A stretch of 64,000 bases of DNA from Yuukianura sp. NJ FZ-2021 (GCA_046563655.1 CM102283.1:9176001-9240000); one strand, 5' to 3'; counted from the stretch's first letter, positions 40,784 through 54,200 are shown. Notes: generated by a model from the sequence alone, not told the origin. A program made the numbers and translations.

Positions 40784-41274
40784 GCCTTTCCCCTTCTAGC
40801 GATTTTCAAGCGATTTTGAATTTTACTCAAGTGTAACGTGGCAATTAAACTAAATTAAACAAGCTAAACCTATTAAAAATCCGTTACCAAATTGATTTAC
40901 ATGCAGTCTGCTCACGTTTTTTTAAACAGGGTACTAGGAGGGCTCTTTTGTCTCCCTCTCCCTCAAGGGCCCTCCGGAGAAGTGAAGTTTATAACGGTAC
41001 AACTTGTACCCTTATCTCTTTCCAACTTGCTACTTTTTCCGCGTTGCTAAACCTGCTTACACACACACAAACTTAACATCAAGTCTTCCTTTACTTAACA
41101 TCAACTACTACGTCATGTCGTTGTGAACCGATTATGACAATCATGTCAATAAGCTAATTACGTAATTAACATAAGTAACCTTTATGTCGCTAATGATTCT
41201 AACGAACAGGTTTACTTCTTATACTAAAGTTCCAATTTTTTTGAATTGCGATGATAGTTGTAAGCACCATTTAT

Positions 41275-41443
41275 CATAGAGTTACCATGCCACTTTTTCG
41301 TTTTTTTTCTTTTAACTCTGTTTTTTCTTTTTTTTCCTCTTTGAGCCTCTTTGGATTTGCTTCAAAAATTTTGTTTAAAAAATGCAAATGTCCACTCTAG
41401 TTAAAAGAAAAAAAAAACGAAAAAGTGGCATGGTAACTCTATG
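41275..41443. mobile_element. 169-bp hAT-type MITE
   Basis: TIR catagagttaccatgccactttttcgtttt and its reverse complement; 8-bp TSD ccatttat. Confidence 0.9.
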
Positions 41444-41590
41444 CCATTTATTTCAAAATGGTGCAGAGAGGACAAATGGGAGAAATTATATCTTTCTTCT
41501 TAAGTAACATTTATACCGCAGAACTCAATTTATACCATTTATAATACCCATTTATTGTATCTTGATTCACAAGACCTAACAAAAACGTCT

Positions 41591-42600
41591 CACAGTGGGG
41601 CAGAATCAAAAATAACGCGCCACCGTTGTTAGGGGAAACGTGAAGTTAAATTTTGCAATTACATTAAAAATGAATGCCAAAATCAGGATTTACAAAGATC
41701 AAATCGTCCAAAAATGTCCATTACCTACAGATAACCTGAATATCGTAATAAAAACTAGACAGCATCACGTACCAAGTCCGACCGCCACTTGGCGCCACTT
41801 TACCAATTTAGTATTTTTAAGAAGGAATAAGACATGGCAACGGTGGGTCTCGTTTTGCCTCAAATTAATTAACTTTCAGGCTTAATAAGTCGTCACAGGA
41901 ATGACCTAGAAATTTGTACAATAGCTCTAAAAATTCCTTGATATTCGCAGAATAATTATTAGGGCTCAGAATTTGACTTTTAGCAGCTGAATGATACTAA
42001 AAATCCGATACAAAGGTTCAATTTTGTATAAGTATTGTATGACACAAAAAATTTGGAAATTGGCCCCTAACTATTATGCGCCATGGTCTTCCGGATTTTT
42101 AGACACCTCAAACGCATTTTTAGGTCTTATAATAAAAAAGTTATAAGACAAAACAGATGTAATTCTGACATTATTCAATAATTTGCAAATATCGGCACCG
42201 AAATCAACCGTCTCCATGGGCACAAGGTTGTTGTTGAGTCCCAGGTTGTTTGAATTCCTATTCTGCGAAAAACTTTGGTTTGTCAATCATTGGAAACAGT
42301 GCCGACTTTTGCAAGTTTGAGCAGTGATTTCGCTTTGTTACTAATGACAATGGCTGACACCAAATCGTAAACAAACGCTGCCTCTTACCCGTCCTTAACT
42401 GATTTTTGAAGTTGGTGAAAAATTTGGTGAATGGGGGGTCAGCTAGGTCACCACGCATAAAAATTGAAGGCGCATAGTGTTTTCAGTTGCTATGCCGATA
42501 GTTTAGCGATTGTTTCGCCTCCATAATTGTGTATTTTTCAACACTTAATTTGTTTCCCCCGAAACGCTTGTCGTTGTTTGTATGAATCGACCCCACTGTG
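41591..42600. mobile_element. Non-autonomous Transib-type element
   Basis: Termini cacagtgggg / ccccactgtg; 5-bp TSD cgtct. Confidence 0.85.
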
Positions 42601-43025
42601 CGTCTGTTCTGTCTTTTAGTTTTTATAGTTCATCTATTTTAAGAAGGCGGGTTTGAAATTCGCGCAAAAGTTTTATTTTTGTTTACCGTTACCCCGGTTG
42701 ACTTAAGATAGCTGTTGCGCATGTGTAACGTGTGCAACAGCAACTGCGCGAGAGTGTCTTCTTTGTTCAAAACAGGTCAATTCCTTATTTTCATTTTATC
42801 TTATGTTTAACGTGGTTTCTCTTTCGTTAATTAATTGTTACTTCCATCAATAGTGTGTAAATGGAAATCTTTTTCCTGGCAATCGAAGGAGATGATTGCC
42901 AGTACAGTGCTAACGTTTCTAGAAGAGAAAAGAAAATTTGAGAACGAAGTGAAGTTAGGACACATGAAGCATTCGGATATTCCCATAGACTATCTGAATG
43001 TGACCGATAGAACTGCCAAAACATT

Positions 43026-43992
43026 CAGTAACTCTTCGTGAAAGCAGTAAATCGTGAAAACCATGACCACTTCAGATCTTTCCGAATTTTTTCAATGTGA
43101 TAGTGCGTTAGGAAAAAAAAATTTCCCCAAAAAATCAAATTTTTAGCAGTGACCCCTGACAAGTTATCAGTGGTCAAAGTCGCCATTTTGAAAATCTTGC
43201 GTCACGCGTAACTCGGGAAGGGCACGTCCGATTGACCTCATCTTGGTGTCAAAAGAAAGGGTTCAGTGAATCCTAGACGTGTTTTTTTTCAAAATTAGTG
43301 TAAGGGCCCATGGGCCCTTCAGTATTGGTAAGTCAAAAATATCCCGATTTTTTTGATATTTTTCTTCACACAATACCTCTACATAACACGTTTGAATCAT
43401 GATGTACTACCTCCCCCTTGACCTTTAAGGGCACCCTTTGACCTCAAAGGCATCCCTTGACCCCACGAACCACCTCACGTACTTCAACAAATGACTTCTG
43501 ATACATTAAAACCTAATCATATATAATTGTTAATAGGGCATGTGCATGTGCTTATAGAAGCCCTTAAGGGTCAAGGGGTGCCCTTAAAGGTCAAGGGGGA
43601 GGTTGTAGATCACGATACAAACGTCTTATGTAGGGGTATTGTGTGAAGAAAAATATCAAAAAATCGGGCTATTTTTGAATTACCAATACTGAAGGGCCCA
43701 TGGGCCCTTACACTAATTTTGAAAAAAACACGTCTAGGGCTCACTGAACCCTTTCTTTTGACACCAAGATGAGGTCAATCGGACGTGCCCTTCCCGAGAT
43801 ACGCGTGACGCAAGATTTTCAAAATGGCGACTTTGACCACTGATAACTTGTCAAGGGTACTGCTAAAAATCTGATTTTTTGGGGAAAATTTTTTTTTCAT
43901 TAGTACAGCACATGGTAGAAATTTCGTTCATTTTAAAAAATATGATGTGTGTCACTTTTCCAAAAATTTACTGCTTTCACAAAGAGTTACTC
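43026..43992. mobile_element. 967-bp foldback (long-TIR) element
   Basis: Arms of ~420 bp are near-perfect reverse complements over ~43110-43445 / 43566-43898 and at the tips; 4-bp TSD catt. Confidence 0.9.
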
Positions 43993-44066
43993 CATTGCAG
44001 GTACGCAAGTGAAACTTAAGGTTAGGTTAGGTTAACTAACCTAACCTTTGTGAAACGACTTGGCGA

Positions 44067-44954
44067 CAGAGGTGGTAGCCTGCAGGCAAACCCTTTACTT
44101 TTGCGCAGGTTGCAGGCCAACCTGCAGCACGTGCAGGCGGGCTCAACCTGCGGTGGATTACGTTGCAGGCTGCAGGCGAAACAGGTTTTGATTTGGAAAT
44201 GTTGCAGGATCGGGCGTGGTTCAGCCTGCAATGCTCTGCAGGCGCCTGCAGTTGGCCTGCAGGCTGCGGGTTGTCGCATATTCCAACAAAACTTTTCCTA
44301 TTCTCAGGAAACTATTTGCACAAGAAAAGATAGGAAACGAATAGAAAAATTACTTTGAAATGTTCAAGCAACATTAAAGTCACAAGGAACTATGCAAACT
44401 TTTTGCTGCACATTAGTTGCACTATCAGAGGCCTTTAGCGTCAATAAATAATAAATCCGGAGGCAGAAATATGGTTAAGTAAAGTTGGCGTTACACTTGC
44501 CCGTGTAGACAACGCAAGATTTGACAGTATAACTTTGGCGGATTCTTTTATGTGCAAGGTTCAAGAATTTTTAAAAGTTAAACAAACCAAAAGTAAGGTA
44601 GCAGTGTCGTAAAACAATATATTACTAGGAATTTTTCTCCCTACGTGTTTGGAAAGGACAACCGACAGATAATCGAGGGTGATTGAGTAATTGCCATTAT
44701 ACGCAAACGAATTTACGCCGTAGTTGTAAGTGTATATTAAAATTTTCGTACATTACAGTTCGTATAAAAAAAATTGCAGGCTAACTGCAGGCAGCCTGCG
44801 CAGGCTGCAGGCTGGCCTGCCGAAGACCCTTGCAGGTGCAGGCGTGCAGGCTGCCGATTTTCTATAATTTTGCGGGCTGCAGGCGTGCAGGCTAAAAATT
44901 CCTGCAGTGCAGGCGGGGCGGGTTGGGGAAAATAGTTGCAGGCTACCACCTCTG
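44067..44954. mobile_element. Non-autonomous hAT element with CTGCAG-rich subterminal repeats
   Basis: Perfect 18-bp TIR cagaggtggtagcctgca; 8-bp TSD cttggcga. Confidence 0.92.
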
Positions 44955-45823
44955 CTTGGCGATGCACGGCAAACCCTTTACTTTTTATCTTTTACGTAGG
45001 TCAGTATTAGAACTGTCGAACGAGTCAAACGGGAACTGAAGAGGTGGGATTACGTTCTTCCTCCGAAACAAAAACGGACACGCAAAAAGAGGATCGAAGT
45101 GGACAGCTTCACGGAAGGCGTAATTAGACGGGCCGTTTTATTCGCATATTCCAACAAAACTTTTCCTATTCTGGACTATTTGCACAAGAAGTTACAGGAA
45201 GATGCGAATTTTCCAAGAATGTGCCGAGCAACATTGCACAAAATTAAACTTTTGTCCATGGGTAACCTTCAGAGGAATTTAGCGTCAATTTCAAATTTAC
45301 CTATTCTGAGTACGAAAAATTGGTCGCGCCTTAACTCAACCCGTCAAATTTTGCTTGCGTTGCTACTAGGAACAGCGCAAAAATAAATTTGAAACCCGCC
45401 TTCTTAAAATAGATGAACTATAAATTTTAACTTGAATCAGAAACAATTTGTAGAAATCCAGACAAATAGTCAAGGTTGCTATAGCAACCAATTGTATTGC
45501 TACAAAAAATTGCCATGGAAAAGAAGGCTGACGTGAGTCGGTTTCATTTTTGAAAATTTTCGCAAAAAAACGTAGTAACCGGACTTAACGAATAACCTCT
45601 TGTAGCAATCAACAATTTGCTTGTTTACCCACCTTGCAAATAGTTATTAATAAATCAAATTGTTCCTACTGGATGCCATAAAAAGGAGCAAGAACAAGCA
45701 ACAGGAAAATTGATCGAACGTTTCAATCGGCTAATTTTTTGAACCAATTCAATTAATTAATTAATCTTGAATTAATGTATTAATTTTTTCTAGTTATGGG
45801 AACGTTGTTTAGTGTTCTGAAAT

Positions 45824-48800
45824 CTAAAAATCGTCCGCATCTTGCGGAGCATCCAAATCCCTGTAGCTGATCATCGATCTGTTGCCACCACGTCCGCGGA
45901 AGTCTGGACGTCCTCTTGGTGGTGGAGCGTTGTAGCCACCTCCACCGTAGTAGCGCGGTGGACCGCCGTAGCCAGGTCCGCCACCGTAGCCACCACCATA
46001 GCTAGAGCATACCATAACATTAACATAAACCTAACCTATGAAAAATTATACTTCCAGAATGTCAACTTACGGCGGAAATGGCGGCGGATAGTCTCCACGT
46101 TCTGGCATGAGCGGCTCTCGTCGTGGAAAACCGCGATCCATTCCAGCAGGCGGACCATCTCTGCGGTCCGGTGACTTTGGACGTTTTGAATCCCGCAAAT
46201 AGTTGTTGAAGTAAGCCACCTAGAAAACCAAAATCAAGTTAATACTGCCAAGTATTTTTTAAAACTTCAATTCTATCCACAACATAGTACTGACCTCCTT
46301 TTTAACTTCCTCCAGTTTTTCAACATGCTTGTTTTGAATGTGCTTTCGAACAAACTCTGGCCCCTTGAACTTCTTTCCTGACAGTGGACACAGCCACTTG
46401 TCTTTTCCAAGTTCCTGCGTATTCGCTGTGATGAACTTCTCCACTTCAGTGTCTTCGTCTTTACTTCCAAGGGCTCTGCACTCTTCGTCCGTCAACGGCT
46501 CCGACTTTTGGCAGAAAGTCACAATCTTTTGCTCAAAGTTCCGATTATAATCTTGCAACTCTGGCAAAACCACCTAAAAGACAGAACAATTAGAAACGTT
46601 CAAATATTCATTGGGACTTCTTTTTTTTTTCAAAATCAAACTTCCATTGAGCTTACATTGGAAGCGGGTGGAAGTCCGCGACCATGCAAAATCCCAAGTC
46701 GATTGGGCATGTCATCTTCATATGGATACTCGGCATGGTTGTAGTAATCCAAACTGTGCACAAATCGCAAGTAGAAAATAAGACGATCCAGAACTTGAAT
46801 CAACTCTTCGTCCCTAGAATTCAAAAAATTCAAAATTTCAAAATTCAACAACATCAAACAAAATTCTCAGAATGCCCCACCTTTCAATTGAATTTCCCTT
46901 CTCAGAATTGCGAGACTCTCCAGGCTCTAATTCTCCGTCACTTCCACCACCCATTGCCAGCAATTCCTCTTCCTCCGCCGATGCTTCCTCAATCAAGTAG
47001 TCCGTGATATTTTTCAAAACAGGATTAGTCGAATACACTCCAAAACTTTCCTTCTTTCCCGCCTCTGGATCTTCATCCCACAAGTTCCACTTAGAATCCA
47101 AAAATTGAATGACTTGTGCTGCCAACCGGATGTCATTTCGAACAATCGTTTTGTGCGGAGTAATTCCATTGACAGTACGAACTCTGCGTGTCAAGTCACG
47201 ATTCACAATTGCTCCCAGTTCAGCATCTTTCATTCGAATATTGTTCAATTGCCAACAGATTTCTGAAAAAAGAGAATAAGATTAATCAAAATCAGACAAA
47301 TTCCACTGCACTGCAACTGCTTAAAATTTTTCGAAATGTACCTTTGATGTTGACATTCCGCTTAAACGTGACCCAGCCACGACGGTACCACCGACGTTCG
47401 GGCTGTGGATCGGCCAAAGCCGATCGCAGGAATCCATCATGCTTCAAGCAAATTCCGTCCACTTCGGCTTTCGTCACACTCGGCGGAATATTTCGCAGGA
47501 AGACAGACGAAGTTTTATGAAGTTGTGGAAGTTCCTCTATTTCTGGTTCTTCTGCCTTCCGTTTCTCTTCAACTTTTGGTGGTGGTTCCTGTGCACCTTG
47601 TCCAGATTCTTCGTCATCCAGAGACACAACAGACTGGGGCCCACCAGAATCCGCACTGATCCGTTTCTTCCTTGGAGATTCGATTTTAGACTGCTCCTCT
47701 TCTCCAGTATCTTGTTTATCTTTAATCAAAATGACTTCAGTTAGTTAAGTTTAAGTTAACTTTAAAAAAATGATCACTGCAAATCTCACCTTCTTTGCCT
47801 TCTTCGTCAGACTCACTGGCTGCCCCATCTTCATCGCCTGCTGCTGATTTCGTTTTCTTCTTCTCCGTTCCGTTCTCCTTGCTCTCTTCTTTTTCCGATT
47901 CCGAAGTACGGATTTCTTTGATTGGCGATGAAATGGAAATTGATGGACGATTGGATCTCGGCTCGTCACTCAGAACTTTTGCTGCTAATTCATCACTTCC
48001 GTCTTCCAAGCGAATGACGTACCAGTCCATCAACTTCGTCAACTTTTCGGCCTGCGAAGCGTCCAAAGTGATTCCCTCGAAACGCTTCTTGTCCATAAAC
48101 TCCATGAAAATGTTCACCCGTTTCTAAAAAAAAACGAAAATTTTCAAAGTAATGTCACTTTAATTATTAATGGAATGCATTTTGACTAGTAACAGCTGAT
48201 CACCCACCTTCAGATTTTGGTATTGCTCTTCCTTCTTCTTCGTGCTCTCGTCTGGATGGTACTTGTTCTTAAACCTGAAGTAAGAAATGATACAAAAGTA
48301 ATTAGTAATAGAATAAATTATATAATTCCTACATTAATCATGGAGATATAACATTATTAATTGAGACGACGTAACAATTAACATTAGTATTGCATCATTT
48401 CATCTTCATCATTCATGTAGTACACAGAGGATTGGCAGTTTGTGCTTGATCATATTCATCAGTATTTTTCCGAAGTGGCTATCGTTGAAATCGCATCATC
48501 ATCATCAATCGATTAGTTATGCCGGGAATCGAGTCTGACTAAATAAATTAAGTGACAATTAACGTTACAATCGCCTTACCAGTTGTTTCAAGAACCCTCT
48601 CACGCACAAAATTCGTAACTTGCTTGTCGTATTATGTCACTTGTTTATAAAAATGAATTCTACTACGGAATAATAATTTTCAATTTCCAATTTTGCTGTA
48701 GCACTGATTAAAATTGAAGAGTTGCGCACTAATCAAATATCAGATAGAATCGGGAGACCACAAAATAACAATCAGATGACAAAATCTGACTGGAGGCTTC

Positions 48801-49624
48801 CGTTGCGGACGTGCTGCTGTTCAGTTAACAATTAGAAATAAATCTTAACTCAGGTTCAAGTTACGATCAGAAGGGAAATTAGTTGGATTGGGATGACGGA
48901 AATCATTGAAGTAAGGAACACAAAGGAAATTGATTTGAAACTTACCATTCCTCGTCGCGATGTGCTAGAAAGAACTCATTTAATTGTTGTCGTTTGAACT
49001 CCTGCTTGTACTCGGCATACTTCGTGAGAGCATCCTGATCCGAAATGGAGTCATCTTGGTTAGACAACCAAGCTTTGAAGGACAGCATTGCAGGCGGTCC
49101 ATGAGGGTCCATTTCGCTAAAAAACAAGACTTTCGTTGCAAAAACGTTTATGTAGAAAACTAGACTGGTTACTAATGCTGCTACTTACCGATGATGATGT
49201 GGGCCAGGAGGAGGGGGGAAGTATCCACCGTGCGGCGGCGGATGGTCGTATCCGTATCCAGAAGATTCTGGACCATAACGATCACCACCCATACCTCGAT
49301 CTCCCCAGTCGTTCCTAGGTCGTTTATGTGGCGGACTGAATTCATGTGGGCCTTGCCTTGGTGGTCCACCTAGTCGGTAATCAATTTGTCGCGGTGGGGG
49401 ACCACGATTCCGGTTCCAATCCGAGCCTCCTCTACAAAGAAAACGTAAATGAGTTCAAATACTAGAAAGTAAACGAATTATACACGTAATCCTAACCGGT
49501 CATTCCAGTCATCTCGTCGACGATCATCCGGTGGAGGACGACGACTTGGTTCACGGTAATCGCTGCGTTCTCCACGGAATTTATCTCGTCGTTTCCGATC
49601 ATACTCGTCCTCAGAGTCTCCCAT
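45824..49624 (-). CDS. Ars2: Serrate RNA effector molecule homolog Ars2 (intact parent)
   Basis: Exons 49497-49624, 49189-49431, 48946-49116, 48208-48274, 47790-48123, 47342-47719, 46881-47262, 46657-46813, 46295-46573, 46071-46219, 45824-46001; [46 protein letters not shown]. Confidence 0.95.
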
Positions 49625-51261
49625 TGTTTCTGCTGTAGTTCCGTTCGTCAAAGGGTCACCTAACAAAGATAAGAGATTAGAAATTAACAACTACGCTACG
49701 CCAGTTTTGCAGTAACTTCTTTATTACTTGTTTTTGACGTTATTCCGTCTTATGTCCAACGACACGGCGACTATCACGTGTATGACCGTCGTGTAAGTAA
49801 GTCAAGAAGTATCAAATTGTCGATGATAATTTAGTAAATCAACTCCAAAGTCCAAGTCCAAAGCCAAAGCCAATAAATTCACAAAACAACTGAAAATTGA
49901 AGCGAAGAGTGGGGAGTTTCTGTTTCGGTAAAGGGTAAAGTAAAAGCAAGACAATCGATCTGTTGTTAGAGCGCGGGGCAAAGGGGTGGGGGGCGCTTAG
50001 TTTGAAAAGGCATGTTTTGCAATGGCACTACGAAATTCCAAAATCGAATACAAAAAATATCAGCTGTTATCGCATTTCTCGAATTTGTACTTACATTTTT
50101 ATAAACAAAAACATTCAGCGTCTGTAAAAAATAATAAGTATAACAAGGTTAGTCCTCTTATTAATTCATGAAACAGGGTTATATCAATTTTCTCAAACCA
50201 TCTAAAAATAAAAAATAAGAAAAGCTTGAGGTAAAAATGACAATTATTGTTGTTTTGTCGTTTCGCAATAGTGCGAAACAAGGAATGCCAATACCATTTT
50301 GCACTTGAGTGAGGGGAGGGGAGATATTTTTCATATCAGCACCTGTTTAGGCACACTTTTATAGTTTTCCTTGTTATCTTCCCGGGTAAGCTTAAGTACG
50401 AGGTGTGAAAATCGAAGTGCCCAATCAAGCCAGTATATTTAAAGTGGGTAGCAACGGGGTGAGTGATAGGGGATAGGAAAATGGGAAGTATAAAAACAGG
50501 GGGTTTACATTAGTCAAAAAAAAAAGTTGTTAAACTTTTGGTATTGGTGGGGGGTTGGTTCTTGTTGTGGCTTGTGGCTAGCGGCAAATGTTGCAAAAAC
50601 TGTATCCGAATCCGAAAGCTGAGTGACTCATGTTTTTTTTTCTTTTGAATTTGCAGTCTGAGATCATCCTTTGACAGGAAAGGAGAGCGAGACTAGCTGA
50701 ACTTTTCTTTTTTTGACATCAACAAGAAGGAAAATTAGCAAAAACGTACCGGCCAGGGCCAACGCCATAAAAACACTTCAGAATCAGAAGACAAATAAAG
50801 GCAATCCTCCTAAGGTAAGAGGTGTTAGTATTGAAACTGACATTTTTTGTTAAGCTGATAAGAATTAACTGGGTGTGTACTGGACCGAGTCATTTGGCAA
50901 CCAACACTCATTTTGGTATTTTGTGGTGAGGTAAAGGTGATGGGGAATTGGAAGTAACATAATTATTGTTTGATTTGATATGCTTTTTCTGTTTTGACTT
51001 TACTAAAAGTTGAGTTCATTCTCAATTCTGACCTCTGAGAGGTCAACTTCCTATTTCCTGTTAATTTTGGAGTTGTTTTAATTTTCATCTGTTTTGGCCC
51101 CTTAGTTCCAGCACCAGTTTGATTGCTATAATCAATCGCTGCTTTTTTGCACTCAATCAGCATCGTTTGGTTTTTGGTTTGCTTGGATTCAGCATTCTTA
51201 CGTCCATACTTCGTTGACAACTGACAAGATACTTCCGGCATCCGGTTGTCGAAACTCAGCG

Positions 51262-53856
51262 ATGTCACAAGAACCAGCACCGGCTTATGCCAATCTTCGT
51301 ACCTTCTGGAAAGCAAGTATGTATCTTCCCGGGGTTATGAATTTGGGCAAACTGCTTAACCTTCGGGAGTACCATCCGTTCCATGGAGTACATCCTCAGG
51401 CGAAGTCGAATACTGGCAGCATTTTGATTAATGTTGCATTCCGGAAACTTGCTTCTTTTAGTTTTATTGCGTTGTGCTCGCGCTTTTAACCTTTATAATT
51501 TTGTCATGATTCTCGCTTCTTTACTACTAGTGCTTGTGTTTAACGTTCTTAACTCACTGTATCTATTTCAAAGGAAAATTTCGGTCTACTGCTCTTCCGT
51601 TACAGTTAACCGCAAGAAACGAACGGCTACTTCTTAAGTTCTCAATTTTCCGCTTGAAGGTTAACATTGCCAAAGTAATCTTCGAAGTTATAATGTTATG
51701 CTTACGGGTGTTTTTGATTTTATATCCGGATAATCCTAAAGTATTTTTATGATTTTGATTTTGTTTTATTTGTAACAGAGTCCGACAAGGGTGAACCCGA
51801 ACCTTCTCCGAAGAAAATATCAGCAACTTTAACTTCCAAGTCACCGAAAACTTCAACTTCATCTCGAAACATGGGAGGTAATCTGATGAACTTTAACATT
51901 TTTGCAAATTACTTAGTGCATCATTCAATATCCTCGTTAATTGAAAATTTTGAAAGTAAAAACAGGAAGCACGACAAGCGACAGATTTTTTCTGCTTCTG
52001 TTTTTTAATACTTGAACTCAATAAGCCCCGTTCTGATTGATATTTTCTGTTTTTCACAGACTTAGCTCCATCCGCTTTGGAATTTGACCAAGAAATCGTG
52101 GGCGTCCACTTGGCTCAATTCCTCAAGTCAGCTCAGCAACTCGGAGGAGAAATTGCAGAACATGCCACTCTTGTGCAAAAAGCTTTCAAGTAAGTCACGT
52201 CACTTATCGTTATGTTCATTTTTCAAGACTTTAAATTCTTATTTTATTGAATTTTCCTCCTTTCAGTGCTCAAAAGAATTTCTTGAATGTCGCCACTCGT
52301 CATGCCAAGCCAGATGACAACACTTTGCAAAACTTGCTCTCGGATACGTCCAACGCCATCTCTGAGATTCAAAGTTACCGTGAGAAAAGACGGTCGAGTC
52401 CAGTATTTAATCACTTGTCTGGAGTGTCTGAAAGTATTCCAGCACTTGCTTGGGTCATGGTGGTAAGCCAGCATTCAGCATTCACTTCAAGTACTTCCAG
52501 CGTTTCCAGTATTTTCGTCATCTAACAAATGATACTGCTTCCAGGCACCAACTCCTGGTCCACATGTCAAGGAAATGAACGATGCTGGCCAATTTTACAC
52601 CAATCGTGTCCTGAAAGACCACAAAGACAAGTAATTGATCATCGTTTCGGTTTCATCAATTCTCAATTGATTGAGTTGATTTATGTTAATGTCAATTTTG
52701 AAATTTCAGGCCAGGACATGCGGAATGGGCCAAGTCATGGGTTGAACTTCTAGTTGCACTTCAAGCCTACGTCAAGAAAAACCACACAACTGGGTTAGTT
52801 TGGGGCAAAGAACCATTGACAGGTAAATAAGTTCAGTAATATACTGGCAGCATATTTTATACTGGCAGCACATTTGACAATTGACAATGCCCAACTTTTA
52901 TTCCTGGAGCAGGACCCGTCCGTGCCGGTGGAGCTCCCCCTCCTCCCCCACCACCCACCTATGACCTTGACGATGTCCAGAACTTGAACATTTCTGGAGG
53001 TTCAGATGACAGAGCCGCCCTGTTTGCTGCCTTGAATCAAGGCGAAGGAGTAACCAAGGGACTCAAGAAAGTTAGTGCTGACCAGCAGACGCACAAGAAT
53101 CCGAACCTCAGAGGCGGAAGTACTGTTCCGGCCAAGGAAAGTTCAAGTACTGCCCAAGTATTGAAAGCACCTTCGGCAGTATCGAAGCCAGCGAAGTTTG
53201 CCTTGGAAGGGAAAAAGTGGTGTGTGGAGTACCAGATTGGGCAGAGGAGTTTGACCATTGACAAGGTGGAAATGAACCAGGTTGTGTATATGTTTGGATG
53301 CAAGGAGTCTGTACTCAACATCAAAGGAAAACTCAATTCAATTGTCATCGACTCCTGTGTCAAAACGGCCGTTGTTTTTGACTCACTGGTGTCCTCTATT
53401 GAGTTTGTCAACTGCAAGGACTGTCAAACGCAGGTACGATTCTAAAAAAAAAATAATAATTTTTTTTGTGTTGTGAATTGTGATTTTAGTTTTCAAAATT
53501 TTTGAAAACTTTGTTTCAGGTCATGGGCAAAGTTCCAACAATCGCGATTGATAAAGTTGATGGCCTTCAAATATACTTGAGCCAGAACTCTCTGGACGTT
53601 GAAATCTTCTCTTCCAAGTCATCCGCCCTCAATGTGATGATACCCAAAGGATCAACTGGAGAATACGTAAGTTAATTAACTTATTTAATTAAACATTTAA
53701 ATTAATTAAACAATTCTCTAAGTTATTTAAGTTATTCAAGGTCTTAACTCTCGTGTTTATGTTTAGTCCGAGACTCCTATCCCTGAGCAATTCAAGACGG
53801 TTGTCACAGGCAAGGGCGGCCTTGTCACTACACCTTCGGAGACTGTTGGTGTGTAA
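51262..53856 (+). CDS. CAP: Adenylyl cyclase-associated protein (CAP/capulet); first two exons tentative
   Basis: [27 protein letters not shown], poly-Pro, WH2 [23 protein letters not shown] repeats, PIPEQFKT; stop at 53856. Confidence 0.92.
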
Positions 53857-54200
53857 AGATCAACTTGTACTGCCAGCACATTTGTCACAAATTGATCACG
53901 ATCTATCATGTAAAGAGTGACTCCTCAGCATTACAGTTGAATCGATTTTACATCATGGGATGTAAGGTAAAGTTTGTACATTGGAAAAGAAGCAATTTCT
54001 GTGTAAAAAAAATTAGGCAAAGAACCAAAAATCTTCAAGTCTGCTGTGCAAAATTTTTCAATGAGTTGAGTAAAGTCATCGATTGAGAAAACGCTTCTGT
54101 GATGGGAATCCTTCGGCGGGAGAAATGAAATATAATGTTTTGTTTGAATAGTGTTTATAAAGTTTATGCAGAATCTTGAATTTTTTTTAGAATGAAGCTA

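Larger units (their letters stand above)
42835..45386 (+). pseudogene. Transposase N-terminal (DNA-binding) remnant, interrupted, no DDE domain
   Basis: Removing the foldback and intron 44001-44999 gives SWQSKEMIASTVLTFLEEK...DRTAKTLQ|VSIRTVERVKRE...VDSFTEGVIRRAV...RATLHKI, resembling Tc1/IS630-type HTH regions. Confidence 0.7.
42626..45420 (+). mobile_element. Internally deleted Tc1/mariner-superfamily transposon with nested insertions
   Basis: ~35-bp TIR tagttcatctattttaagaaggcgggttt(g/c)aaatt; TA TSD; HTH-type transposase remnant. Confidence 0.85.

Noticed and set aside
44020-44046. Telomere fusion site
   Set aside because: Only 2-3 units per side and located inside a transposon intron.
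44022-44967. ORFs rich in A/C/Q/L (44022-44279, 44050-44358, 44737-44967)
   Set aside because: By-products of CTGCAG subterminal repeats of the hAT element.
45470-45612. Short palindromes (ggttgctatagcaacc; attgctacaa/ttgtagcaat) as a MITE
   Set aside because: Too short, and no TSD identified.
46636-46656. Apparent loss of a splice donor in the chimera relative to Ars2 (SSMEV)
   Set aside because: The upstream donor AAT|gtaag exists in both copies and gives the length matching known ARS2.
51262-52060. CAP lacking the N-terminal RLE coiled coil
   Set aside because: First exons are tentative and short arthropod isoforms may lack it; cannot be judged here.
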